Made by a program: the position numbers and the translations under genes. A stretch of 63,991 nt of DNA, the filler included, from Reclinomonas americana ATCC 50394 (Eukaryota), in assembly GCA_048213135.1 (NCBI GenBank). It is 19 parts of 19 records of this genome, joined end to end, with 100 filler letters (N's around TTAATTAATTAA, not from the genome) between each part and the next. Parts side by side here need not be neighbours in the genome. Positions count along the whole stretch, not along the records: positions 42,241 to 53,279 come from AFZH01024192.1; positions 53,380 to 55,000 come from AFZH01024193.1; 17 more parts are not named here. One strand, 5' to 3'. This document shows positions 42,241 to 54,895 of the stretch, piece by piece (position 1 is the first letter of the stretch; every line of letters starts with the position of its first letter). The notes beneath the pieces are model-generated. The model did no database searches and was not told where the DNA came from. It saw only the letters and a program-made list of their open reading frames with translations.

Positions 42241-42842
42241 CGGGGAACGGATCATCGAGAATGACCGTGTGCTTGATGCGAATGTTCTGCAGCGGCCGCT
42301 TCTGCTCGTCGACCATGGCCATGTTGAACTTGTCGAGCACCTCCAGACCCTCGGCGACCACCGCAAACACAGGATGCTTCTCGTCGAGGTACTCCAGGTG
42401 GCGGTCGGTCAGCTGAATGAAGAACTGCGAGCCATTGGTGTTGGGACCGCGACTGGCCATCGACACCAGGCCCTTCCTGTCGTGTCGGATCAGTGATGGC
42501 GCGAACTCATCCTCAAAGAACTTGGCCTGATCGCCATACAGCGACGCATACACCGACTCGCCTCCTGAGCCAATCATCATCATCATCATCAGTCCACATG
42601 CAATGCGCCTTTTGTGACACACTCGCACACACTTCTCTCTTCTGCGACCGCGCCTCACCTTGTCCAGTGCCTGTGGGATCGCCTGCTTGTGCGATAAAGT
42701 CGGGCTCGACGTAGTGAAAGAGCGAGTTGTTGTAGCGCTTGGCCTTGCACAACTTGAGAAAGTTCTTGGTGGCGATCGGGCACTCGTCGACAAACAAGTC
42801 GAGCACGAGCTCGCCAAACGTTGTCTCCAGCAGCACACTCAT
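42241..42842 (-). CDS. PPIL4: Cyclophilin PPIL4/CYP59, N-terminal part
   Basis: [17 protein letters not shown]...NFLKLCK...[15 protein letters not shown]...NGSQFFI...[15 protein letters not shown]. Confidence 0.95.
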
Positions 42843-42931
42843 TCTGCTCGGCGTGCAACAAAGGACACGGACAACTGTTGTAGTGCATTTATAAAAGTTG
42901 CATTGTTTCTTGCGCGGCCGGCCACGATGCT

Positions 42932-45900
42932 CAGTATGCTGGTGGAGGTGGTCGGCGTTGTGGTGGTGCAGCTCGTGATCGGGCCGGTGGTGAGACGCCG
43001 ACCTACGATGCACAGAGTGAGACGATAGAGAAGGTCAACGTCGAACGGAGGTGGTGGCACTGACCGTGGTTCCGTTCCACAGTGGCACCACCGACCGCGG
43101 AGAGTGCGCGGGTGCTGGTGGGCTCGTTGAGCGCACCACTGAAAAGTCGCCAGCAAGGCTCTGTCGTGCCTTTCTCACACTCTGCACAAAGAAGCAATCA
43201 GCACGACGTTGTCTTCCTCCCGACATCACCGCCTGCAAACCTCAATGTGGTAGCTGCTGTCAATGAGTTCCTTGAGTACTCTGCGCACTGCCTCCTCCCA
43301 TGAATGCGCCAGTGCCTCCGCGTAGTGTCGTTTGCCCTCTGTTACCGCGGTGACAGAGTGCGCAAGTCGCGAGTTCTCCTCCGCCAGCGATGCCAGTCTA
43401 CGTACGAATTAAAATCGCTGCGCACAGTGACATTCGAGGGGAGAGACATTACGCACCTGAGCGACATCTCCTCCATGACGTCGTTCATGCGCTTCTCCAT
43501 CACGTATTTGAGCCGGGCATGCTCCTGTGCCACGGCCTCGAGTGTGCGCTGCAGCGTGTCGGGATCGGTCCAACCACTGGACTCGATCTTGGCCTCCTGC
43601 AGCTGCTTCTTGATTTCCTCGCGATTGCGATGCACGTCCGACAACAGTCCGTCCAGCGCCTCCACGCGCTCCCGCAGCTCCTTGATCACCTCATCGCGCT
43701 CCTCGAGCGATTTGGTGGCATCGTCGCCGCGTGCAGCGCGCACCAGTGCCCGTTCGAGTGATGTCTCCAGATCGGCGGCCCGCTGCGACGTGCGCTTCAG
43801 CTGCTCTTCCACCCTGCCGCGAATTTTGTGATGAGTGCTCCACTCTACAAAAAACAAAGAACATCACGAATGAACGCACGATTCGAGTCGATCCGTGGCC
43901 TCGTCTCGCTCCTTCTCAGCCTCCACCAAGAGGTCCTGTAGCCGCTGCACCTCGACCATGACTTCCTCGGCCTTCTCCATCAAGTGATCGCGCTCTCCTT
44001 CTGCCTTGCGTGCTGCCGCCGAAGAATCGGCCAGCTGCTGATCGCGCTGATGCATCATCTTCACCGCCGAGTCGAGCTCGCGTTCCAGTTGCGCCACACG
44101 CTCGCTGTTCTGCAGGCGCACGGTGACCAGTTCGTTCTGCACTCGCCGCAAGTGCTCCTGCAGGTCTTGTTTCATTTGCTCTGTCAGGGTTATTCTGCGT
44201 GGCAGCAGGTCAGCACTTTGGAAAAGCCAAACGACGTTCTGTTTGTGACGCAACTCGGTCGACAAGTTGCGCTCCTTCTCCGCCAACTCCGAGTACGCGC
44301 CCTCATATCTGGCCAACTCGGCACGCAACGCCGACGAGTCGGCGTCGCTGGCCATCACCAGCGAGCGCGACTCGTCCATTTCGCCAATGGCCTTGAGTAG
44401 CTCGCTGCGCAGCATGTCCCGCTCCTGCTCCACTGCCTCGAGCTTCTCGCGCAACTCGGCCTCGACCTGGTGCGGCGGCGGTCGATTGGGCGGCTGCCGC
44501 CTCCGGGGCGAGAGCGAGGAGCGACTGAGCACGTCGGCCAGCTCCTGCTTGCATGACTCGTGTTCGCGCGAGATGCTCTCCAGCTGCAGGCGCGCATTGT
44601 CGAGCTCTTGCGTGAGGTCCATGCAGCGGACCTGCCAGCTGTCCACCAGCAAGTTGGCATCGCGAAGCTCCTGCGTCACCTCCTCGAAGCGCGTACGCCA
44701 GTGCGATTCGTGCTTCTGCGCCGAGTCCTGCGTGTCTTGCAGGTTGCGCTCGACATACTCGGCCCGCTCCCGCAACTCCTGCATCTCGTCTTGCAGGACC
44801 GAGTTCTGCGCCCCGCCACGCACAGTAAGCAACCCGCATGGCAGGGAAAAGGAGGGGGAGGGAAGGGGGCACAAACCTCCAGGCGAAGCGCATTCTCCTT
44901 TTCTCGCCACTCGGCGGCGTCCGACTCCACCGCCGCCAACTTACTCCTGTGCTCACGTTGCTGCTGCACCATGGCGTCCTCGACCTCACGCATCGTGACC
45001 TCTGTCACCGACATTTGCTGACTGAGCGACTCGTGCAGCTCCTTGACGTGGTCCTTCAGGCTGGCATTGGTCTGCTGCGCCACCAGAAGCCGATCGCGCA
45101 AATCTCGCACCACCGGGTCCTCTACGCTGCTCTCCTTGCCCGCATTGCCATACTTCTGCGCAACACGCACGCACGCGTGTCATGTACCAGCGGCGCAGCG
45201 AGACACAGAGACGCAGTTGGTGCACAAACCTGCGTTATCGTGTACATGAGCTGGAAACACTCGGCCTCGATCTGCGTGACCGTGTCGACCACCGCCATGG
45301 CATCGTTCACCGTCCGCGTCTGCTGCGCCCTCTGCGTCCTCCGTGTCAACTCCCCACGCAGCGCCTGCAACCGCGGCGGTGACGACGACGACGACTCCCC
45401 GTGCTGCAACGATTGCGCCTGCCGAAACACCTCATCATGCCGCTACACACACACACACACACGTGAGCAGTAAGACACACAGTACAGTCGCTGTGTCAGC
45501 GCACCTCCATTGACTGACTCAACCGCGACGCCGATTCCACCAGCGGCTGGACCGCGACACTACAAAGACGGGCCCGACATGCATTACCAACTCACCGCTC
45601 ATTTCCCCAACACACACACACACACACACAATCGCAACACACACATGCACATACCCGTCACCACCACCAGCGCTCGCGCCAATGAGCAGCGGGCGCGGTG
45701 TCTCCGGAGCGGTGCCACTCACTGGGCGAAAGGCCGGCGGTGGTGAGTCGTCCTCGTCCTCGCTCAACGCAACTGCTGCGCTGCCTGTGTCGCCTTCCTC
45801 TCCGCCTTCGCCACTACCACCTCCGCCTCGCTCGTGTGTGTCAAGCAGACGCGGGCGCGGAGGCGGCGGAGGCGGTGCCGGCGAGTCGGCGTCAGACCGC

Positions 45901-45959
45901 TCGTCCGCGCTGCTGTACGAGTACTCGTTGGAGTCGTACGCTGAGCGCAGAAGATCCAT
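42932..45959 (-). CDS. Long spliced coiled-coil protein (3' end approximate)
   Basis: ATG 45959 MDLLRSAYDSNEY...; several Glu/Gln/Leu heptad exons. Confidence 0.7.
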
Positions 45960-46129
45960 TCCTCGTTGCTTGGTCCTTCTCTTTTAGCGCAAGACACGGC
46001 CTTTTCGTTGCACGCACTCGGGCAGCAAGTGAGAAAGACCGCGCGCCTTCGTTCTTGCTTTTGTCCCAATTATGTGATTTTCGAACACTGACTGTCGAGC
46101 AGCTCTCGTTTTGTGTCAGTGTTGGAGTC

Positions 46130-48666
46130 ATGGCAGTGTCGAGTCCGAGTCAGGCCGGCTCTGTGGGTGTGCACTTGGCACTGTCGCCGACGTCGCATGT
46201 GCTGCCGACGGCCAGGTAACAACGCACGCGCGCTCGCTCTGTGTCTGTCTCTTTGTTGGCGACTGTTGACGGTTGTTTTTTCTGTGATAGCATCCCGCTC
46301 CCGTACGAAGTCACAACGCAGTTCGTGCCGCTGTCGCCGCCGCTGTCGATGGAGCAGCTGCGGAAGCGGCGGTTGAAGCTGCAGGGTGAGTCGCACGCGC
46401 GCGGATCAGTCCGCTCTGTCTCGGAATCGCTCACTCTTTGTGTGTTGTGCAGCGGGGCATCTGAACAGTCGTCCAGAGTTGGACCCGAAGCCACCGACGA
46501 GTGGCCCGAGTGGGCGACCGCCACAGCAGAAGCAGGCTCCAGCAAAGGCGAATGAGGGAGGTGAGGCGGTGCAGCCGACGCCTTCGCCGCGACCGCCGGC
46601 GGAGAATCCACCGCAGCGATCGCGATCGTCGTCGCGAAAGCCGCAGCAGCGGAGGAGAAGAGGGAAGCGAGCCAAGAATGAGCTGACGCCGCGGTTGAGT
46701 CCGCGCGAGAAGAAGTCGCCGAGGGAGTGGCGCGTGTACTCGTCGTCGTCCATGTCGTCGGGATCTGGCGACGATGATGATGGCGACGATGATGATGGAT
46801 GGGGATCGCTGTCGGATGATGGTGAGGAGGCGACGGGTGCGACGTATGTGGAGCGGCATGGTGGCACGCCGTACTTTCTCGGGCATGAGCTGGCCGCGCT
46901 GCCGCTGGTGCAGGGACAGCCGGCATTGGAGGTGACTCCTGATCTGTGGTGCTTTTCTTCCGCTCGAGATCTCTCACGTGCGTGTGCGTGTGTGTGCCAC
47001 ACAGTCGGCACGGCGAGCGTTGGAGCGATCGACGCCGCGCTCCATGACTCTGGACAGTGCTCGGGAACGCGAACTGCGCATGTCATGGCGCGAGTCAAAG
47101 GAGCTGTACGGTTTCCTGGTGGGCTCTCGCTACAATAGTCCGCGCGTGGTGGACCGCCAAGCAGAGCGGCCGATTCGATGTGTGGCCACGCGACGACCGG
47201 CCGTCGCACAAGACGTCAAGCCGGCGCCGGCGGTGCTGGAGGAGGCCAGGAAGCGACGCAATTCGCCGCCGCTCTCCGCTCGCCTCCGACACGCGCACGA
47301 TCGGCAGAATCAGTCGTTCAGTGAGCAGGTGGCACGCACGGCGCGTGGCTTTGGTCACAAGCGCAACTCGACCTCGGCTCCGTCGCTGCTCGCTCGCGCC
47401 GCCTCGCAGCGTCTCAATCGTTCCGAGTCCTACGCTTCGACGGCGGAGCAATACCATGCCGGTGGCAGTGCGTTCCAGTTGCGCGACGACAGCCCTTCGT
47501 CCGACACGCAGCAGCAGCAGTCGCCCACGTCGCACGTGTTTCCGGCGTACATGGCCATGGAGCGCGTCATTGACGGCAACGGCATTGAGCGTGTGTGGCC
47601 AAACAGCGTGCTGCCGAGCAACGTGCGCAAGCGCCAGGCGTTTTCGAAAACCGTGCGACCACCGCCACCGCAACCCGATTTCATGCTCAGCGATGTCTTG
47701 CATGGTGCGTCGCGCAAATGTTGCCATGATTCTTCCGCCTCCTCCTCTGTGTCTCTCACTCTTGTGTTGGCGCGACAGCGATTCCCATTCACCGGCGCGG
47801 CACTGCACCGTCGCACTCGGCATCGATGCAGGTGAAGCCGGCCCGACCACCGTCGACCACCATGTTGTCGCCGACTGGCGCACAGCCGCGGCCACCCTCG
47901 CGTACCGCCACACCTCGCTCCGCCACTCCGCGTTCCGGAAACGGTCTGCGCTACTACCATCGCTCGCATCCGAGTGAACCGCTGGGCGAGTGGAGTGGCG
48001 TGGCGAACCAGGCGGCGGTGGAGAGCGATGAGTTGCCGGATTCACTGCTGCGAGCCATGCACGATCTGCCCGAGTCACTGATGCCACCGCGGCAAGTCAC
48101 CCCTCCACCACCACCTCCGTTCTCCGCCTACAGCAGTGTCGGTGGCGGTGGCCTGACCAGCAGTCGCTCGGTCAGCACGCGCACAACACCACTTCCGTTC
48201 TCCGCGTCGCCCAATGTGGATCCGCTGATGGGTGGTGGTGGTGGTGGTGGCGGAGGTAGCGGAGGTGGCGGAGGTGGCGATCCGCGCCCGCCCAACTCGA
48301 GTCGCTCGGGGCGGCTGTCGGCGCCGCCTGCCGAGAGCGCACGGTTCCGCACATTTACGCCGCACGACGCCACCGTGTGGACTCGCACGTTGGCTGGACC
48401 AGGCGCGCCGGGGCCCTCGGGAAATCGGGAGTATGTCAAGGCAGTTTCGTGCTGAGAGTGTCTCTTCACAGTTGTGCTTCTTCTTCAGGTGGTCTCATTC
48501 GGCGATGCACGCGCAGGATCTCTTCTCAGAACTGCAGACGACCATCACTGATGTGCTTCCGCACAATCCCGCGACGGTCACACGGACGCAGAATGTGTTC
48601 CCGGCGCGATCGTCGTCGAGTGCCAGCAACAAGCCTGCGGAGTTTAGGTTATCGTGGCGCAAGTGA
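46130..48666 (+). CDS. Spliced Ser/Pro/Arg-rich hypothetical protein
   Basis: Successive coding-like segments with GT-AG introns; ends ...PAEFRLSWRK*. Confidence 0.6.
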
Positions 48667-49475
48667 AGGCAGGGGGAGGATTATGTTGCTTTGAGTGTGC
48701 GGGGAGGGAATGGGTGAGCTGCATTTTTGGTGTAGATTGAGAGGGCAAGACATCTACTTGTGCTCACAGCAAGGAAACTTACCTTGTGGTTGTCATTGCT
48801 GTGTGTGTCGGCAAGTTCTGTGTTCTCAGCACCGACGTCGTTCAACTTGGCGACTGAAGTCTATCGTGGTCGAGGCTTGTGCGTTTTGTGTGTGTCTGGT
48901 CATGTCATCAAACAAACAAACAGGAATACCGCCGTGTTAACATGTTGGCAATGGCATGGAGAATTCTTCACTGAGGTAACACCACTGAAGAAGAAGAAAA
49001 AACGGCAGGCATATGAATTGTCGAGGGGAAAAATAGGAAGTGATGTACATGTATGAATAAAATTCCTGGGGGAGTAGAAGCCATGAAGAGCGGACATCGG
49101 CACACAGAGAAAACGAGAGTGAAGCGCCCACGATGAACAGCGTAACACTCGCGCTGCGATCATTCGTCGCAAGTGGAGTCAACGTCAACATCCGGCGCAA
49201 ATTAATACTGTAATCCGGCAGTCGATGACGAATCATCGACATCGTCGTTCATCGCGCGGGAGTACGCGTACTGTCGTCGCGATCGACAATAAATACTGAA
49301 TTCAGAGACGAACATATATACACTGATGTGGACGCACAACTAGTACGGTGGAGTTGGTTGGGCAAACTCGAGCATGCACCAGCGCCGGAATTCGGAGCTG
49401 CTTAATCACCGCAGCGCGCGTGCATCAGTTCTAATTATCGATAGTGGAAAGCAGGAAACAACCACGCAGTGTCAC

Positions 49476-52400
49476 TCACTCATTCAACCGTGCTCCCGTC
49501 CCGAGGTTGACGAAGCCGTAGGCGAATTTCGCGAAGGCGTGAGATCGTGACAACCGAACCAGAGTGCGATGGTCGACAGTCGGCAAAGGGTTGGCTGGGA
49601 GGCCACATTGCACGAGCACATGAGGGAACGTGATGTTCGTGCCCTTAACCGTGGATCCTTCTCGTCCGAAATTTTCTTCTTTGTTGAACAAGTAGTCAAA
49701 ATTCCTGAGCAGCCATGTTTCCAGAGTCTTCGCGAGACCTGTGTTGCACGTGCACCACGATATAGAATTCGTCACAAGTGTCGTCAGCAATGCGTCATTT
49801 GACACAGCGATATCGAACAACAACGATTAACATTGCATACCTGCACCAACTCGCAATAGTTCGATCGGCTTCGGTGCGGCTGGTGACGAACGCCACCGCC
49901 AGCAAAACACACTGTCAAACGTGACCCAACGGATCACGACAAGTCGCTGTCGACCGTGTACCACACCGTGCACACGCGAAATGTTGATACCGGTACCGGC
50001 CAGGACCATCTGCTTGATGAGGTAGTCGAGGACGGCGTGGTTCGACCCCGACGCAATCCGGCTGCGCAAGTCACGTGACTGCCCGACATACACAGCCCGT
50101 ACGCGCTCACGCAGAACTCGATATTGATATTCCTGCCCTGCCGTCTCCCGAGACAACACAGTGCCATCGACTCGGATCTCTCTCTCATCATCGCGCAAGT
50201 GCCGATTGCTCAGTGGCTCAACTTCGGCAAGTCCAATTTCGTAGACACCAGGCACGTTGCGTACAAAGCGTCGAAGTCTCGCATCTGAGACTGTCATCCA
50301 GTCGCTGAACAATTCTTCCAAGTCAGTTGGAAGGCAGCAATTGTGACGACGAGTAAGAACTGCATCTGCAGTCGTCACTGTTAGCCAGTTCGAATTCTAG
50401 CTTTTCTCATGAATCATTCGGTCACATACCACGACTGTTCAGGAGGTCCACTAAGTCTTGAGCAGTCATTGCGAGCCCAGCCAGCAGAGCTTGACGAAGA
50501 GGAGCAGGTGCACGCACCAATTGCAGCTGCGTCACAGCGTCGTTCACATCATTGCCATCCATCTTGGCGAAGAATACGTCAAGAAAATCGCGAGAACTGA
50601 GCGGCAGCAACGGTGCATCTTTTCTTGACAGACAATGCCCAGGTCCTGGACACACAAAAGAAGTAACCGCTCTGAGTTGTTTGTCGACGCGTGTGAGATC
50701 AACGCGGTCGCCAGTTGACATTGTATCGGCGTCCATGATGAAATTGTCAGCAAGATTGACGACGTAGTTGTACGAGCGCAGCAAACGACGTTCGGCGCAG
50801 AAAGCAAGCGCCGTGGCAATGTGGCCCTTTCCGAAATCCAAATACCGAATCATCTACGGAGAGTGCATGCCACCATAGTCAACAGCATAATGGCAGCATC
50901 TTAGTGAGTTGACAGAAGTATGCAACCGTACAGGTACGACAACGAACCAGTGTGCCACAAGCAGGTTCTCGAAATCCTGCATTAATATTTCGGTGCTCTT
51001 GCACACGCCTGGCCAGAGAGTTTGTAGCGCCGACGTACAGTGGGTGGACGTTGCTGCATGCTGGCAAGCGCAAACCTGCATGTACATGTGCAAAGACGAC
51101 CGGAGCACAAGGTTAAGATCCAAATCTCCAAACAGAAAAAACAATGCAGCGCACTCACTGCTCGCTCTATAGTTACCACATGTACATGTGCATGTATACT
51201 TCTACAGTGGATCACGAGACGAGGTAACCCTCACCAATCTCGTACACACAAGCTCGATCCACCCTCGAAAGCACGTTACGATTGCCATGCAGTTGTACCC
51301 ACTCCGACAATGCGTTCTGAAGTGCAGCAGGGAGATCGCACAATACGCGATCAACTGTGAGCTGCAGCTGCTCCCCACGCATGCACACATCGCCACCGGC
51401 TGTGTTATTGGAGAAAGTAAATGAGCAGCAGCGGATCCGGAGGTGACAGAAATTGCAGACGAAAGGAACAACCCTTAAGCTTCTCTTGCCGTACGTACCG
51501 CGCATTTCTGGATCCGCTCCTTCCCCCGCTTGCATGAATTCTTCGCACATTGCACTCTCGCACCCAGCCCGTTCCAGAATCGACATCGCATGTGCATCGT
51601 AATCGAGTTGCTGGAGACAACGAGTCGGCCACTGCAGCAGTGTCTGCTCGCGATCGGGTTGCAGCTGCAGCGCACGATCGGCAGTGGAAAGTTGTGAAGA
51701 TGTTGCTGCAGCTGATGTTGTGTGCTTGTCGCCTACTCGACGTCGTTTCTGTGCCGGCTGTCCCTCCAGAACCTCATCCAACAAGCCACATGCGCACCTG
51801 GTTCGATAGAGAAGATCACTCCACACCGGCCTCAAATTATCAAGAGACCACTGTCTCGATTCAAATGGAACCGGAGGTGCTGCGGCTAGCATGAGGCGTT
51901 GTGTGAAGATAACCATCCTGCGATACAGAACACCCTCGATCCCCGACGAGTGGTACACCCCGGGCCTCTGGATCTCCATGAACTCGTTGTAGAGGTACAC
52001 GGCGTGATAAAACAGGTATTGAGTGTCAACAGCATTCTGGCACTTCCACAAGCTGTCCGACGCTAGCCTCCGGCTCCACTCCAGCCGTTTGAGAACTTCG
52101 TATTCGAAATATGCCAGTCGCACTTTCTCCGGAGTTTGCTCCTCATTCAAAGAATATATCATCTTGTATAGCCATTCGCTAACAGCCAGCACGTTTCCCA
52201 CGAGCTGGTCAAAGTGGCCTGCCATTTGCAGCACAAGAGGGAAAATGTATACGTAAGTTGATCGCGATATCGATGGTGCACGTGTGGCCGCGCGCGTGCG
52301 GTATCGGTATCACATGCAAAGATCTAGAACACAGTACATGCGCAGAACGCTAACAAACAAAACAATGTACATAGCAACAGCAGCACCAACCTTCCAGGTC

Positions 52401-52867
52401 AGGGTATGCGATGCGCATCGCCCTCAAAATACCCTGTGCTCGCTGGTGATCACAAGGAACCTGATCAAGAAGCCGCGTGACGTCGCTCAACGCTGATCAT
52501 TGAAATCTCACGTAAGCAAGCACACACACGCATTGCGACACTGCAACATCAGCGAGCATCATGTGTAATTTGCACGTGATGCGGCCAACAAACCTTCTGC
52601 ATCCAGCTCCTCGGGGGTTTGCGATGGAGCATCTGCACGATGACGCTTACGACAAGCGCTGATCATGATCATGAAGCTGCTCTCAGTCCGGATACTTTCG
52701 ACCTCGCTGTCGCAAGCCACCGGGGACTGACGGGGCCCACCAAGCACATTTTCTATGCGCCACTGAGTGGCGTGTGCGGGGCAGCAGAATGGAAGGTCGT
52801 ACGTGCTGACTTCGTAGTGGGGAAGACCGCAGAGAGTGCATGGCGCATCAGCAGAAAAAGCTGACAT
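49476..52867 (-). CDS. Spliced protein with two tandem ET-like GIY-YIG nuclease domains and a possible N-terminal Cys/His motif (termini uncertain)
   Basis: Domain 1: LSEW..CVYEIG|L..LYVGATNSLARRVQEH..|MIRY..AERRLLRSYNYVVN. Domain 2: FSDW..PGVYEIGL..VYVGQSRDLRSRI..VIRW..|LETWLLRNFDYLFN. Phase-compatible GT-AG introns at 51234-51076, 50947-50854, ~50429-50366 and 49840-49739. Confidence 0.82.
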
Positions 52868-53135
52868 GAGATGCACACAGCGTAGTATCGGAGCGCGAAT
52901 GACTGGGGGACGCGGGATATGTGACGTCATCAATATTCACGCGTTGTTTATCACTTCGCCCATCATTGGAGGACAGGTCACACTTTTCTGACTCTTTCCC
53001 CCTGAATCATTCTCCAACTCACCACAGGCGATTAACGCTTTGTGATACTTCGATATCTATCGAGAAACGGCTACAGGACAATCATGACTCACCTCTCCCA
53101 CAAACAACGCGCGCGCGCGCAATCATCCACCAGAG

Positions 53136-53279
53136 ATGGGCGACGCGCTGGACCTGATCGTCTGCGGCGACTTCTCCGGCGTGGTCGACTCAGTGTTCCA
53201 ATCCGCGCGCTCGGCCCTTCTCGATGAGTTCGAGGAGTGGCCGGATCGCGGCAATGTGCTCCAGATGAGACTCGCTGCG
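53136..53279 (+). CDS. 5' fragment of hypothetical protein
   Basis: ATG ORF with coding-like codon usage running into the gap. Confidence 0.35.
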
Positions 53280-53599
53280 NNNNNNNNNNNNNNNNNNNNN
53301 NNNNNNNNNNNNNNNNNNNNNNNTTAATTAATTAANNNNNNNNNNNNNNNNNNNNNNNNNNNNNNNNNNNNNNNNNNNNTCTGCTCGACGAGCCCCTCCT
53401 CACCCCGGCCGAGTGACTGCGCCAAATTGCGAAGCCCTCTCCCATGGCCCGGGCCAGCCCCGGGCCATGTCCGTTTGCAGCCCCAACCAAGCAACATCCG
53501 CGTCGGCTGCTCTGGGCTCAGCGCCGTGCGCCGCAAGTTTGCCGGGATCCTCGACGACTGGGTAGATTATCGAGCGGCCGGTCGGCCTCACAGGGAGTG

Positions 53600-54244
53600 A
53601 TGACCGCGATGCAGCGCCAAAGAGCATGTGGAGCGAGGTCAGTAGTTATGCTGGCCGCACTCGTCTTCGGGGAAGCGGCCAGCGGTCCCGTCTTTGCGGC
53701 ACCGGTCACGCAAACGATCGTCCTGATCCGGCATGGCGAAAAGCCGCCCGGCGGGCTGGGCCGGCTCGATTGCCGGGGATTGAACCGTGCCGAGGCGTTG
53801 CCGCCGGTGCTGGCGAGGCAGTTCGGCCGCTTCGACGCGATCTTCGCGCCCGACCCCGATCGGCAGAAGAAGGACGAAGGGATCAAATATCCCTATCTGC
53901 GCCCGCTGGAGACGATCACGCCGCTGTCCAAGGCGACGGGCCTGCCGGTCGAGACACGCTTCGGTTACAAGCAGATCGGCAAGCTCGAAGAGGCGCTGGA
54001 ATCGCCGGGCTATCGCGGAGCCACCCTCCTCGTCGCATGGGAGCACAAGCAGCTGGTCAAGCTGGCGCGCGACCTGCTCGACCACAATGGCGGCGATCCT
54101 CGCCAGGTCGGCAAATGGCCGGGCAGCGATTTCGACAGCATCTACGTCGTCAGGATCGTCCGTGACGGCGAAGGGACGCGCGCGACGTTCGAGCATGGCC
54201 ATCAGGGCCTGACAGGCAAGCTCAGCGCCTGCACCGACGGCTGA
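53600..54244 (+). CDS. Secreted histidine phosphatase superfamily protein
   Basis: Signal-peptide-like N-terminus, IRHGEK, RPLETITP, VAWEH, WPGSDFDSI. Confidence 0.85.
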   Translation: MTAMQRQRACGARSVVMLAALVFGEAASGPVFAAPVTQTIVLIRHGEKPPGGLGRLDCRGLNRAEALPPVLARQFGRFDAIFAPDPDRQKKDEGIKYPYLRPLETITPLSKATGLPVETRFGYKQIGKLEEALESPGYRGATLLVAWEHKQLVKLARDLLDHNGGDPRQVGKWPGSDFDSIYVVRIVRDGEGTRATFEHGHQGLTGKLSACTDG

Positions 54245-54289
54245 CGATCGCCCGGCGTACGCAAAGACGGAACCCGGTCGGAAGGCTGC

Positions 54290-54751
54290 TCACCCTTGCA
54301 GCATGCAATCCGCGAGACTGTAGCAATGGCTCGCCTGGTAGGCGTTCCGCCCCGTCATATGCGTCAGATTGAAGGTCCGGATGGCGCGCAGGACCCCGGG
54401 TGCAGCAAGGAAACCGCGGATCGAGGCTGGGCCCCGCACAGTGATGCCGAACATATCCGCGCCGCCCGGCACGAAATAGCTGACGTCTTCGGGCCTCGCG
54501 ACGCAGCTCTCCAGAAAAGCTTCGTCCACATGCTCCTGCATGGACGAACCGTCCCTCGCGACATCCGACAGATGCACCAGGAAGAGCGCGCGGATGCCCT
54601 CGCCATCCGCATAGAGCGTGAAAAAGCTCCATCCAGCTCGCATTGAAGCGGGCGAGCGCCTTGTCGGAGGTCGACGGCAGGCAGGATACCGACCAGTCGT
54701 GACGCTCGCTCCGTCACGGGACCGGGATGCAGCTGCGGCCGTGTCGCCCAT
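54290..54751 (-). CDS. Hypothetical bacterial ORF or gene remnant
   Basis: 153-aa ORF with no recognisable motif; N-terminus looks non-coding. Confidence 0.25.
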   Translation of the reverse strand: MGDTAAAASRSRDGASVTTGRYPACRRPPTRRSPASMRAGWSFFTLYADGEGIRALFLVHLSDVARDGSSMQEHVDEAFLESCVARPEDVSYFVPGGADMFGITVRGPASIRGFLAAPGVLRAIRTFNLTHMTGRNAYQASHCYSLADCMLQG

Positions 54752-54895
54752 GACATCAGCGGCTCGGCTCGCTCAGCATCCAGCGCCTACAAGTTCCCGT
54801 CAGCGCGTTGGCCGAACGTGCCGATCGCGGACGATCTTGCCCAGGCCGATCGGCGGCATTGGCACGCCCCTTTCGGGGAGGGTGATCAGCGACGA

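Noticed and set aside
51156..51170. Possible 8-nt microexon (AG|agcgagca|GTGAGT) inside the GIY-YIG gene intron
   Set aside because: Inclusion breaks the frame; direct splicing gives the conserved VYEIGL
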